Shown piece by piece: positions 9,301-20,200 of a DNA stretch of 64,000 nucleotides. The notes under the pieces were generated by a model. That model saw only the letters and a list, made by a program, of their open reading frames with translations, did not search any database and was not told the origin of the DNA. Location of the stretch: NCBI GenBank assembly GCA_958009085.1, contig OY253682.1, positions 682,001 through 746,000 of the forward strand, written 5' to 3'. Source of the DNA: Protoeuglena noctilucae (Eukaryota). The translations under genes were made by a program, and so were the position numbers. Position 1 is the first letter of the stretch. Each line of letters begins with the position of its first letter.

Positions 9301-11902
9301 GCACCGGCTCCTGGCCCCACGCCCGCAGCCTCTCTGCGAGGGGCTCCACCGCCAGCACGAAGATGAGCGGGCTCAGGGGGCATCCCTGCTTGACGCCCCG
9401 GTTGAGCGGGAACGGCTCCCCCGCCGCCCCGTTGAGGACCAGGCTCGCCCGGCTGTCGCTCTGCAGCGCCACCGCCGCCTTGACAAAACGCGGCGGGAGC
9501 CCTCCCCACGCCATCGCGTCCGCAGCCCACCCCCGGAAGGCCGTGTCGTACGCCTGTTCGAAGTCCACCAGCACCGCCCACGCCGACTGCCGCCGGATGC
9601 GCATGAGCTCGTCGAGCAGATGCAGCGAGTAGATGGCCGTCCCAATGTCACGCCCGGGGACGAAACCCAACTGGTCCTCGTGCACGAGCTGCGGCAGCAC
9701 CCGCAGCAGCCGCGCCGTCAGCACCTTGGCCGAAGACTTGTAGAGGACGGACAGTAGGGAGATGGGGCGGTACCGCCGCCAGTCCGTCCGCGAGCCGCCC
9801 TTGTGGATGAGCGTGATGGCGGCGTCCGCGAGGCGGCCGTCGTGCCCCTCGCCGCGGAGGAGCTTGTTGACGAAGTAGGCGACCACTTGCTCGACACCCG
9901 CCTCGGTCCCGGTGCCCTGGCACGCCTTGAGCAGCGCCGGGGAGATGCCGTCCGCGCCACCGCAGCTGTCGCCCCGTAGACCCTGTATCGCCTCCGCCGC
10001 CTCCGCCCGTGTCACGTCTGCCTCGAGAGCGGCCCTCGCCTCCTCCGACAGCGGCGACCGCGGGTTGCGCAGGAAGTTAGCGCGTGCCCTCTCATGTTGG
10101 CCGTCCGCGGAGGCAGGGGGCGCGGCAGGGGCGTAGAGCTGGGCCATGTTGGTCTGCAGGTCCCGCGCGAGGTCGTCCGTGACGCCCTCGACCCGCCGCC
10201 GCCACTTGAAATGGGCCGTGATCCGCCGACTCGGCACGGCCCCGAAGACCCGCAGAAAGTGCTTCGCCCGCTCGCTCTGCCACTGGACCTCCTGCTGCTC
10301 CAGCACCGTCAGCTGGCGCTGCAGGTCCAGCATCCGGTCCCAGTCCTCCGTCGCGTTCGTCCGCTGCGCCCTCCTCTCTGCCCGTCCCAGTTGCTTCTCC
10401 AGACGCCTCCGCTCCCCGTCCCGCCGCCGCCGCACCACCAGGTTGATCGCCTCCGCGCGGTGCCGGATGACCTTGGCCACTCGCACCGACGTGCACCCCG
10501 GCCCGTCCGCCGGTAAGTCCCTCCACACACCCCGCCGGAATCGCTCGGCCTCATGGCTCCCCGGCGCCCAGAGCGGCCGGACCTGCCGCAGCGGGTTGCG
10601 CCCCGCGGCCCTGTCTGCCCGCCGCCGTAGCGTCAGGACGAGCGCCTTGTGGTCCAGCCCGGGCACGAAGCGCGCCGCCAGCGTCGCCGGGTACCGGACC
10701 AGCAGGGCCGGGCGCGCCAGGCAGCGGTCAATGCGCGCCGCCGGCGTCGCTGCCCCCTCCGCTCGCGCCCCGAACCACGTGTAGGTGTCCCGGCGCAGCC
10801 CCAGCTGCACGTGCACGTCCGCCAGCCCCTGCGGCCCCGTCACGTTCTCCGTCCAGTGGATGACCTTGGCCAGGTCGTCGTGGTAGCGCCGGGACGCCCG
10901 CTCGAGCGGGTGACCCGACGTGCAGTTGAAGTCCCCAACGACGATCGTCTCCCTGTGCGCCTGGCGAGGCGGCATCAGATGCCGCAGCCGCGCAGTGAAG
11001 TCCCTGTGCGCTGCCGCCCCCCCGGACGCCGGCGCGTAGACCCCCACCACCGTGAAGCGCCGGTCGGCCCATGCGAGGTCGACTGCGCACGCCCGCCCCG
11101 CCAGCCCTTCCACGTCCGCCCCGCGCCGCTCCGGCGCGCCCGCCACCGACTCCCGATGTACCAGCACCCCCACGCCCCCCGGGCCGCCGTTCTCGTCCAG
11201 CGACCAGTGGCAGAAGTATTGGGGGAAGAATCCCGACGCCACCGCCTCCTGCCCCGCCCGCATCTTGACCTCCTGTAGAACCACCACGTCCGCCCGCAGC
11301 CTCCGCACCAGCCGCCGCACCGTCGCCCGCTTGCCCGCCATGGCCCCGCTCGACAGCCCCCGCACGTTGACGCTGACGACCCGCAGGTCGTCGGGCGCGA
11401 GGTCCCGCGCCGCGCTCCGCCTTCCCCGTCGCCGTGGCCCGCGCGCCGGCACCGCGGCCGGCGCCATCCGCGGCGGCGGCGGCGGCGGGGGCAGATTCCC
11501 CAACGGCGGCAGCGGGATGGGTGGGAGCGCGCCGATACGCGCTCCCGGCGCCTCTCCAACCTCCGACCCTTGCGCTCCCGAGCTTCGAACGCCTCCAGAC
11601 CGACTCTCCCCGCTCCCCCGGCCTCGCAGACCGCTCCCGCCCCCCCTTCTCCTCGCGCCGCCATGCTGCCCCAGCGCGCCCCCGCGCCGCGCACCCGCGC
11701 CCGCTCCGCCTCCTCCGCCCCCCGTAGACCCTCCTGCGATATCTTCTGAACCTTCTGCATGCAAAAGACCCGACGCCGGCCCCGCCCCGCCACCGCGCGG
11801 GCCCCGAACGCTCGAGCTAACAACACCATCTGATCGGGCCGCCCCCGTCGCCGCATCCCCCTCCCGCCGGCCTCCCGGCCCATCCATGCTACAGATCGTC
11901 AT
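6333..11902 (-). pseudogene. LINE polyprotein: AP endonuclease (~11390-10630), RT (~9960-9000), RNase HI (~8300-7895), CCHC zinc finger (~6820-6745); one frameshift and one in-frame TAA
   Basis: Motifs SVNVRGL, LQE, GVYAP, GDFN, RIDR, LDHKAL; RPISLL, QLGFVPGR, DFEQAYD, QGCPLSP, FADD (9223-9212); FDGGSRGN, NNQAEF, GDSLLV, HVPREQNALADRL; CPLL-x6-C-x7-H-x4-C. First ATG at 11902; ORFs 8738-7449 and 7433-6333 share a frame, separated by TAA 7449-7451. Confidence 0.92.
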
Positions 11903-12176
11903 TTTACCGCACGCTGCCAAGCGCGCGGCGCCTCGCAAGCCTCCCTCGGCTCCGGGGCGCGGCTCGTCCCGAGCCAACGAGACCGAGCGGCTGTGCCTTC
12001 ACCTGGCGCCTGCCAGGGGTTTTGCGAACTCGCCTCCTGCCTAGAGAGTCGCGATGCACATGACCGTTCCGCCGCACCCCTCGCCACCCTCCCGCTCGCG
12101 CTACGCCGACGGCCTACCTGATGATGATGAGCGATGATGATCCCGCGCGCCTCACGACCTCACGATGAAGTACATC

Positions 12177-12216
12177 GATGATGATGAGCGATTCAACAGT
12201 CGAGGGGTGCTATGAC
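12177..12216 (-). mobile_element. 40-bp terminal fragment of the LINE (3' end plus ATC tail)
   Basis: Identical to 2226-2265; a still shorter tail-only piece (atcgctcatcatcatc) lies at 12120-12140. Confidence 0.85.
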
Positions 12217-12248
12217 GTCCGTGTCGTAGCCTCTCCGGGCCGGGCAGC

Positions 12249-12253
12249 AAAAA
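12249..12253 (-). terminator. RNA polymerase III oligo-T terminator
   Basis: TTTTT 2 nt after the tRNA discriminator. Confidence 0.8.
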
Positions 12254-12255
12254 GC

Positions 12256-12376
12256 TTCCCCAGCCGGGACTCGAACCCGGGCCACCAGGGCTTTTCGCCG
12301 GCGCTTCAACCGGAGGTATCGAACACGCGTCGGCATGATTGAAAACCTGGGATCCTAACCTCTGGACCACTGGGGA
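12256..12376 (-). tRNA. tRNA-Glu(TTC) with 49-nt canonical 37/38 intron (12339-12291)
   Basis: Acceptor stem TCCCCAG/CTGGGGA, D arm GTCC/GGAT, anticodon stem CCAGG/CCTGG with TTC, T arm CCGGG-TTCGAGT-CCCGG. Confidence 0.96.
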
Positions 12377-12731
12377 TCATCCAGCTCGCCGCGATTGGAG
12401 GGTTTAACTACGCCGTAACGACGTCCCTTGAGCACTTCTCTGCAAAGGCGCGTCTGAACGCAGAAAGTCACCCCTTGATCGACCCACATCGGCCGGGGCC
12501 CTGGTCGGGAAGGCGTGGCCCCGCGCCTGACGCGTCGTGCATTCTTGCGCCGACACGCACGGCCCAACGCGCTACAGGGCCCCGTGCTGAGCTCCGCGCG
12601 CCCAGAACATCGCGAGGTATGGGATAGCAAAGCCGCGACACCGCCCGTTGCTCCCTTCCCTCCCTGTTTCCCACGCATCGCCTTCTCGGCCCGGCTTTCT
12701 TGCCCAGAGCAGAGTAGGGCCCGGCGCACGA

Positions 12732-14173
12732 ATGGATCCCCTCGGGGGCTACGATTCGGACGACTCGGCGGGGGTGGCCCGGGAGCCGGTGGCGGCCTCG
12801 CCGAGCACGGGCGCTGTCGAGCGCCGGGACGCAGCGGAGCCTTCCGCCGAGCCCGCCCGCGCCGCTCAAGAGCCACCGAGCAGCCTTCACTCTCTGTCGG
12901 ATCTTCCGGCACCAAAGGTGAGGGCTCGAGTTGCTGAGGCTGTGCGAGCGATGCGCCAGCCTTGCTTGCCCCGTCGACCCGCCCACTGACCCACTCTGCG
13001 GTCGTCCCGGCGCAGAAGGTCGCGGGCGTCGGGATCGGGACGGGAAGGAGTCGGAAGGGGGGCACGGGACGCGTCACATTCAGCAACCGCTTCGACATGG
13101 CCAAGGTGTACGCGTCGGACGACGACGAGCTCGAGCTGGACGCGGGGGGGCCTGCGAGCAAGGTGCGCGCGTTGACAGAGGAGGTGCGAGTGGCTGTCTG
13201 GTGTGGCGAGCCAAGCGAGTCGCAAGTCGTGCCCTACCCTCTCCACACTCGCAGCGGCCCAAGACGACGGGGGCTGCCGAGGCGGGGGCGAGCGTGCCGG
13301 GGGCGGCGGCGGTGAAGCGCGCCACGCAGGCGCCTCTGCGGCAGTTTGCTGTCAACTCCAACATTGGGCCCGCCCAGCCCGTGGGAGAGGTGCGTGGCTC
13401 GCTCCTCGCCTGACCAGGCATGCGCCACGCCCTGTGCCATCCACTGCGCCCGGCCCGTATCCTCCGCAGGCTGTCACGAATCCCAACGACCTGTTCCGAG
13501 TGGACGAATCCGGTCAGTATGTCCAGGCGGACCTGGCGGCGCTGGGGGGGCATGCATACGCGGACCCCGGTGAGGCGACGGTGCTGTTGGGGTAGCGCAG
13601 AGCCGCGCCACGATGCCGGTTCGCGCCCTGGTGGATGAGCAAGAGCTCTCCTGCTTGCGCTCGCCCGCAGACGCGTACGAGCAGGCGCTCCGGGCTGCGG
13701 GGGTGGACGTGGCTGGGAGGGCGGCGGAAGGGGGGGCCGTCGCAGACGAGCGGTTCCTCGAAGCCGCGATGCGGGAGGAGGGCAGGCGTGGGGTGAGGCG
13801 CCGGGGCAGCGTGTTGTGAGCGGATGAGTTCGACAGCGCTACGCGGGCGTCATGCGAACGGCCCCACGCCCGTCGACCCGCGCAGGCCGACATGCTGTCC
13901 AGCACGAGCACGATCCGCGAGATCTCTGGCGCGGACGTGCTGGGGCGCGCGAGCACGCAGCTGGACACGGTGACGTCGCTGAAGATCGCCATGGGCGCCG
14001 AGTATGCACGCAAGATCCGGGCGGAGGCGGGCGACGTGTCCAAGATGGAGCGGCGCAAGCACCAGATTACGTCCCTGTACCACCAGGCCAAGATGGCCGA
14101 GCTGGAGATGCTGGACGCGCGGGCCTCGGGGCAGAAGAGCAAGGCAGAGACGGCCCGCAAGTACGGGTGGTAG
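12732..14173 (+). CDS. PRCC: PRCC-family (proline-rich / mitotic checkpoint) protein, multi-exon
   Basis: N-terminal LGGYDSDD and SDLPAPK; C-terminal RRKHQITSL...K.ET.RKYGW* signature. Confidence 0.85.
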
Positions 14174-14225
14174 TACGCATGGGATTTCAAGCCGCCAATA
14201 TGCCGCTGCGGAAACCTGCTGCTAT

Positions 14226-14248
14226 GCTGCTGCTGCTGCTGCTGCTGC
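14226..14248. repeat. (GCT)n microsatellite between convergent 3' ends
   Basis: Seen directly. Confidence 0.9.
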
Positions 14249-14258
14249 GGAAGCCTGC

Positions 14259-15344
14259 TCAGCCAAGGGGCACAGCTGCAAATGCAGCGGTGATGACAGC
14301 GGCGAGCAAGAGTCCCTGCACGTTCATGCGGTTGACCTTGGCCCGAAGAGCGTCGGCGAGCTGGTCGTCCTCGACGCGCGCGAGGCCGCAGCCGTCCACG
14401 TCCCACATGCGGGCGTTGCCGATGTTGCAGAGGCCCAGGCGCGCGGACTGCAGGTACCCGTACGATAAGAACACCAACGGGAAAAGCGCCACCCGCGTTG
14501 ACCACGCGGCCTCCGTGGCCACCATGTATGCCGCGAGGGCCACCGTCGCCACGCTCAGCACCTGGCGGGGGGACGGGAGGGAAGGGGGGTCAGCGGGGGG
14601 CAACGGTCCGCCGACCCTAAGAGCTCCCCGCGGCAGCGCCACCGTCCTATGCAGCACCTGCCCGGCCCTCTTCCTCCTCGTGCGCTCGTCCGGGCCGATG
14701 TTCATCAGCCTCTCCGCCGCCTCCCTGCGCCGCTTCTCCCGCTCGGCCTTGTTCACGGCGCGGAACTCCTCCAGCGTCATGCGCTCGCCGTTCGGCTTGA
14801 TTGGCCTCTCAATGTCCCGCGAGAAGACGCCGAAGTAGATCTCCTGCCCCTCGCCTGGGGGGGATTGGAGAACGGGTGGTGCCTCGGCATGCGACCGCGA
14901 TGGCACAGCACAGCACAGCACCCGAGTCCCGGGTGGATGCGATGGTCGCGAACGGACGTCGTTGTCTCTCGCGCGCTCACCGGCCTTGAATCCTAACTCG
15001 ACCATGGAACCAATGACGTCTGCAAAGGGGTGGTGGGGCGAAGGTTGCTGGGAGCGGACGCGCATCGACGATCGCGACGCATCGCGAAGCATGTCATACG
15101 ACGAGACTGGTTATGTCCTATGCGGGTGCGAGCCACGCGCGATGCCCCGAGACGCCCACGCACCCGCCACCGTCTCGATGGTCTTCGTTGGCCCCGCCGA
15201 GGGGCGATGCCTCGCGCCGGCGTCCGTGTGGGCCATGCCCGTCGCAGCGAGCGTAGGAGCGCCGACGAATGGCTTGGGGCGCGGCCCACCCGCGACGCCA
15301 GGAGGCCGGCAACGCGACGCGGGAGCCACTAGGTTGGACAGCAT
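14259..15344 (-). CDS. Small membrane protein, probably plastid-targeted; NIG..ER..R...G motif before TM helices (DUF2892/YgaP-like pattern)
   Basis: Transit-peptide-like N-terminus MLSNLVAPASRCR; spliced exons; three hydrophobic helices. Confidence 0.55.
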
Positions 15345-15549
15345 CGAGAACAGAGCGGGTGAGGGATGGAAGCCTATATTTGCCTCCTCCGGCAACGCAA
15401 GGGCACCTCTCCAATGCGATGTCGAGACGGACGAGAGCTTGCTTCAGCCACATCCTGGCCCTGGCATGCAAGACTGGCACGACCCGCGAACTTCTCCAGC
15501 TTCGAAGTTCATCGCTCAGTGTGACAGTTCGGCCTGCTGTGGCGCATCT

Positions 15550-16096
15550 CATGCCCATCGGTAGCAAGGCTGGCGCGGGGTCTCGGCTGGGCGGAGGGCA
15601 GGGAGGGGCGGGGAAGAAACTCTCGTTAGCGGACGAAGAGTTTGTCGCCGAGATTCTCCACAAGTACGACCTGAGCCGGGATGGATTGATTCAGGTGCAT
15701 GAGAACGGGAATCGCGGGCTGTTCGGGGCACATGCGCTCTGGCCGCGCTCACACTCAGATGCGCACCGCATCTCACAGGAGCCAGAGCTCTTCGAGCTGA
15801 TGACGGATCTGAATGGCGGGAATCGACCCAGCAAAGGGGAGATAAGGTGAACTTGTCTGAATGGGCTTGGCTCCGCATCCCCTCGACCCGGGCTAGGGTG
15901 GCAAGCGTGGCCTTATCCTAAGGTCTGCTCCGCCGAGCACTCGCTCCTGGCCCGCAGGCGTCTCATGTCCTCATTGGACGTGGACAAGAACGGGGCGCTT
16001 GACCCCGTGGAGCTGCTGAATGTCATCAAGCTCTGGTATTTGGAGACATCCGCAGGAAAGAAGACCGCAAGGTGCTTGACGTGCAGCGTGCAGTAG
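15550..16096 (+). CDS. Small EF-hand Ca2+-binding protein ending in a CaaX motif
   Basis: Loops YDLSRDGLIQEPE and LDVDKNGALDPVE across two introns; C-terminus CLTCSVQ*. Confidence 0.75.
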
Positions 16097-16175
16097 CAGT
16101 GAGTTCTTGTCGCGACCTTTGCCGCTGCCCAGCCCGTCGTCTAGCATCACACGGTGTTCAAGGGCGCGCAACGCA

Positions 16176-16974
16176 TCACACGCTCCCGTGGCCCCCCGTC
16201 GACCCGAAGCCACCCGCGCCGCGCTCCGTCGCATCCAGTTCCTGCAAGAAAGCGCGTTTGGCAGGATCGCTGACGAAGCGAAGCGTTCGCCTGCCTTGGC
16301 ATGCTGTTGCATTTGAGCGAGCGCTTGCCTGGACCTCTGCAACGTCCGCCATTTCGATCCTCTCGAGAATCATCTGCGCAATACGGTCCCCTCGCTTGAT
16401 GTGGAAGTCCTGCAAGGGGGCGGTCGCGAGCACATCATGCGCAGCGTGCACGTGCTGAGCGGCCCCTGCCCAGGCGCGGCGTGCACTCCACCCCCGCGCA
16501 TCACCTCATCCGAGTGGTTAAAAAGGACGACGCCCACGGGGCCGCGGTAGTCGTAATCGATGACGCCCGCGCCCGTGTCGATCCCCTTCTTTAGAGCGAG
16601 GCCCGACCGAGGGGCCACGCGGGCGTACGTTCCCCACGGGATGGCCACGGACAGGTCCGTGCTCACGAGACCCCTTCCACGGGCGGGGATGACGCAGTCC
16701 TGGGACGCGGACAGGTCGTAGCCTGCACAGCAGGCGCAGCAACACTTCGAATCGTGGGCTGGGCCCGGCTGTCCGGCTGCAGCTGCGGCTGCCTGCGGCT
16801 TGGAAAGGCGAGAACGGAAAGCGGGCATTCCTTCTCAAAGGGAGCGAGCGAGTCACCTGCAGCGCCGGCGCTGCCCCGCGTGGGGAGCACAGCGTGCTCG
16901 CTGAGCTTCTTGACCTGAAGCCGCGACGCGAACTTGGCCTGCTTAGGCAGGCTCTCGCCCTCCGTGCCCGTCAT
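16176..16974 (-). CDS. DUT: dUTP pyrophosphatase
   Basis: All five motifs: [35 protein letters not shown]. Confidence 0.97.
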
Positions 16975-17245
16975 GCTGCAGATGCAAAGACGCTCTGGCG
17001 CGGCGAACGGCGGAACACGACCCCAGGCCTTCCAACGCGTGCAGAGGCTTGACAGGGCGCTGCTGAGTCGGCTGGGACGCATGCGAAGGGCGGCAGAGGC
17101 GACAAAAGGGTTTTGTATCGCAGGGTGTGGAGCGTGGAGCACCTGATGGTCCATAGACTTGCGGGTACTGTCAGAACAAGCTGCCAGCATGACACCGTTC
17201 AAACAACAGATGGGGCGATGGGGCGAGGGAAGTGGCGCGCGCCAA

Positions 17246-20200
17246 CTAATGCTTGCTATCCGGAGACGCGACCCGAGGGCAGACGCTGCAGCCGCGGGTG
17301 GCGCTAGGGTACCCACCCCCCTCTGCGACCACGTCCAGCCGCACCGGGGCCGGAGCCCTGGCCTGGCTAGGGAGGCCCTGCGCCCCGCCGGCGTCCAGGC
17401 TCGAGGACGTCAAACGCGCCCCGTCACTGCCAGCTACCGGGGAGTCAGCACCCCACGCCTCTTGACGCTCCCCGGGCCTCTGGGCCCCGCCACTCTCGGC
17501 AGGCACGCTGTTGTCCTCGGCTTGTGTGTCGGCCTGGGACTTAGCCAGCGCCACGAGTGGGCGAAAGACGCTTGTCACAGGCGCTCTCCCCGGCAGAGGT
17601 GGTGCGGCAGACGTAGCTGCAGCTTTGGGGGACCCTCGCACCCCGGTGGCATACCTCTGCCCCGCTCTGGGACGGCCAAAGCCACGGCTGGGCCCGCCAG
17701 CCACCGGGGGAGAAGGCTCTCGGCGTCGACGCGCCCCGCCGCGCACGTGACTCGTCGCGTCCGGAGATGAGGCGCTGTCAGTGCCCGAGCCCCACGCGAT
17801 GCCCGCCCCCACGGCTGCCGGCCCCGCCTTCCTGTCCCCCAGCGCTGCCGCGACGGGGGCGGACGTCCCAGCGCGTGCAGCTGCGGCCCCAGTCACGCTT
17901 CCTGCCGCAGAGGCCGTCGACCGCGCGCGCCCAGGCCGCACATCCGCAGCGTCGGCTTGCTCGGTCCCGGCCCACTCGTCGGTCGACCCGATCCCGTCCC
18001 GGCGTTCGGATGTCGGCCTGGGGTCCGGGGCGCTCGTCACGCCCACGCCGCCTTGACCCCAGGCTGCCCCCCGTTTCCCTGATCCTCCCCCTGCATCGGT
18101 GAGTGCCCGCCAGTGTCCTCGAAAGCACTGCTGCCTCACGACCACCCGCTCGCCCCCGTGCTCACCTCCTCTGCCCGCAGCAGCGCCTGCATCGACTCCA
18201 TGAGGCGGTTAGACAAGGCGGAACCCCCCGCGGCCCCGGCACCAAAGTCAAACGCGTCCTCCTCCGAGTCTGCAAGTGACGAGATGCAAGTCGTAAACGT
18301 CTGGTCCGACACACAGCAACCCATCACTCATTCACATGCACGCACTCACCACGCCCCGTGGCAAACTCCTTTAGCGGGTGCGGCTCCGGCTTGGGCCTCC
18401 CGCCGCGGGCCGCCCGTGACACTGCCTCGTTGCCCGCTCGCTGCAGCGCATCCATGACCTCCTTGTTCACGTCCTGCAGGCATCGCGGGACCCAGCACTT
18501 CTCGACTCCTGAGCATGCTCGCTGCAGCTGACGCGGTCAGGCCAACTGCAGCCTCTCACTTCGTACGGCCGCGTGAGGCGCATGGACGGTGCGGCCACCG
18601 CATTGTAGACCTTCTTGGGCACGCCCGGGGCCGGACCCGGGTTGAAGGAGCTCCGGAGGACCTTGGACACGGCGCCCGAGGCGTTGATCTTCGGCCTGCA
18701 GAGCAGAGGGCGACGCCCGTGGCGACTTCGGCACCGGATGCGAGCGCGCGACGTCCCTCATGTGCCAGATACTCCCCAGCCCTCTCACTTGAACGTGTAC
18801 GCCTTGAGCTGCTCGTCCTCGATCCGCTGCTTCTGGGCCTTCCGGCGCTCCTCGGCAACCTTGCCCTCCTCAAACAGCGCGTCGAACACGGAGATGCCCT
18901 GGCGCTTGGCCCGGGCCATCTCGGCGCTGGAGTCGTTGATCTTGGGCTTGAACGTGATGTTCTGGTCCAGGGCGCGGACTGCTCGACACAAGGGTGGGGG
19001 TCACGTGTCATGGCTCGCCGTGCACAAGCATCGCCTCGTGAGGCAGAAGTCGCAGCCGCATTTCCCGCAACCCCCCCCTCCCTCCATGGCTGCCAGCCAG
19101 ACCGCATGTGCCTCGTCACCTCGCGTCACGGGGAGCAAGTACGTCCGCTGCCCGGGGTTGGCGTCGATGGCGTCCGTCATGGCCTCGACGAAGCCCCGCG
19201 GGTTGACCGTCACGTCCCCCTTGGGCCGCCGCCGGTTGGGGCTGGCGGCCACCGCCCGCTCGATCGCCAGCCGGCACGCGTCCTCCACGTCCATCCGCAC
19301 CTCCGGGTCCATCGACTCGAGCACCGGGTTCCCCGGCTCCACCAGCTTGGTCACGTTGACGACCTCCCCCGCCCCCTGGTTCTCGGCGATGTACTCGAAG
19401 ATCTGCTCGAACCGCCGCAGCCGCAGCTTGGCCAGGTACTTGGTGCTCTCCTTGCTCATGTACTTGAGGTTTACGGGCTCCCTCTGCTGCGCCGCCATCT
19501 CCTTCCGCCGCAGGTTCTCCAGGCCCTTCTGGTACAGGTACTCCCCCACGGGCAGGCCCGCCATGTCGTCCTCGCGGTTGGCGTTGGGGCGCCGGATCAC
19601 GGGGTGGAACAGTGGCTGCCCCGTCACGGGGTCCATCATCTGCAGCGCCTCCTTCTGCTGCTGGGCCTCCTCGATGCGCCGGAGCCGGACGCGCTCGTGG
19701 GCGTTTAGGCGCTCCACCACGTCCTCCGACGAGCTCCCCTCTCCCGACTCTGCAGGAACGGCCCGTGTTCCCAGTCCGGCAGTCGCTCTCGAAAGCGCCG
19801 CCGCCTTGCGGAAAGCGGCAGCCGCATTCGCACCTTCGGTGACGAGGTTGTGGCTGCTGATGTTGGGGTGCTCGTCGACCTCCACGCCCTCGGGGAGCTC
19901 CGCCTCAGCCCCGTTGAACTGCGACATCGTCGAGGTGGGCTTGCCGTGCTTGAGGGCCAGCATGCGTGAGTTCTCGTCGATCTTGGGCTGGAAGGTCGCA
20001 TCCGCCGGCTGGAAGGCCTCGAACTGCTCGGCGCGCAGGCGGCGGCGCTCGGCGTCCTGCGAGCGCAGCGGGCGAGGCAGGTCCCGCGGACGGCGTGTGT
20101 CGCGGCCGGACAAACCAGCGGGCGCAAGATGGAAGCATCCAGGCTCACCTGGGTGAGCTGGTCGAAGACGGTGATGTTCTCGCGCAAGGCCTCGACGCGC

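Larger units (their letters stand above)
3287..12116 (-). mobile_element. Near full-length non-LTR retrotransposon (L1/Tx1-like LINE), ~8.8 kb, (ATC)n tail
   Basis: APE-RT-RNase H-CCHC coding region; tail array at 3276-3310; candidate TSD CCTGATGATGATGA at 3273-3286 and 12117-12130. Continuity of 4350-6330 with the element is inferred. Confidence 0.85.

Noticed and set aside
11905..11960. Resemblance of GGCTTGCGAGGCGCC to HCV IRES domain IIIf
   Set aside because: The motif is not conserved in the B copy and no IIId/IIIe loops are recognisable; kept only as a generic structured leader.
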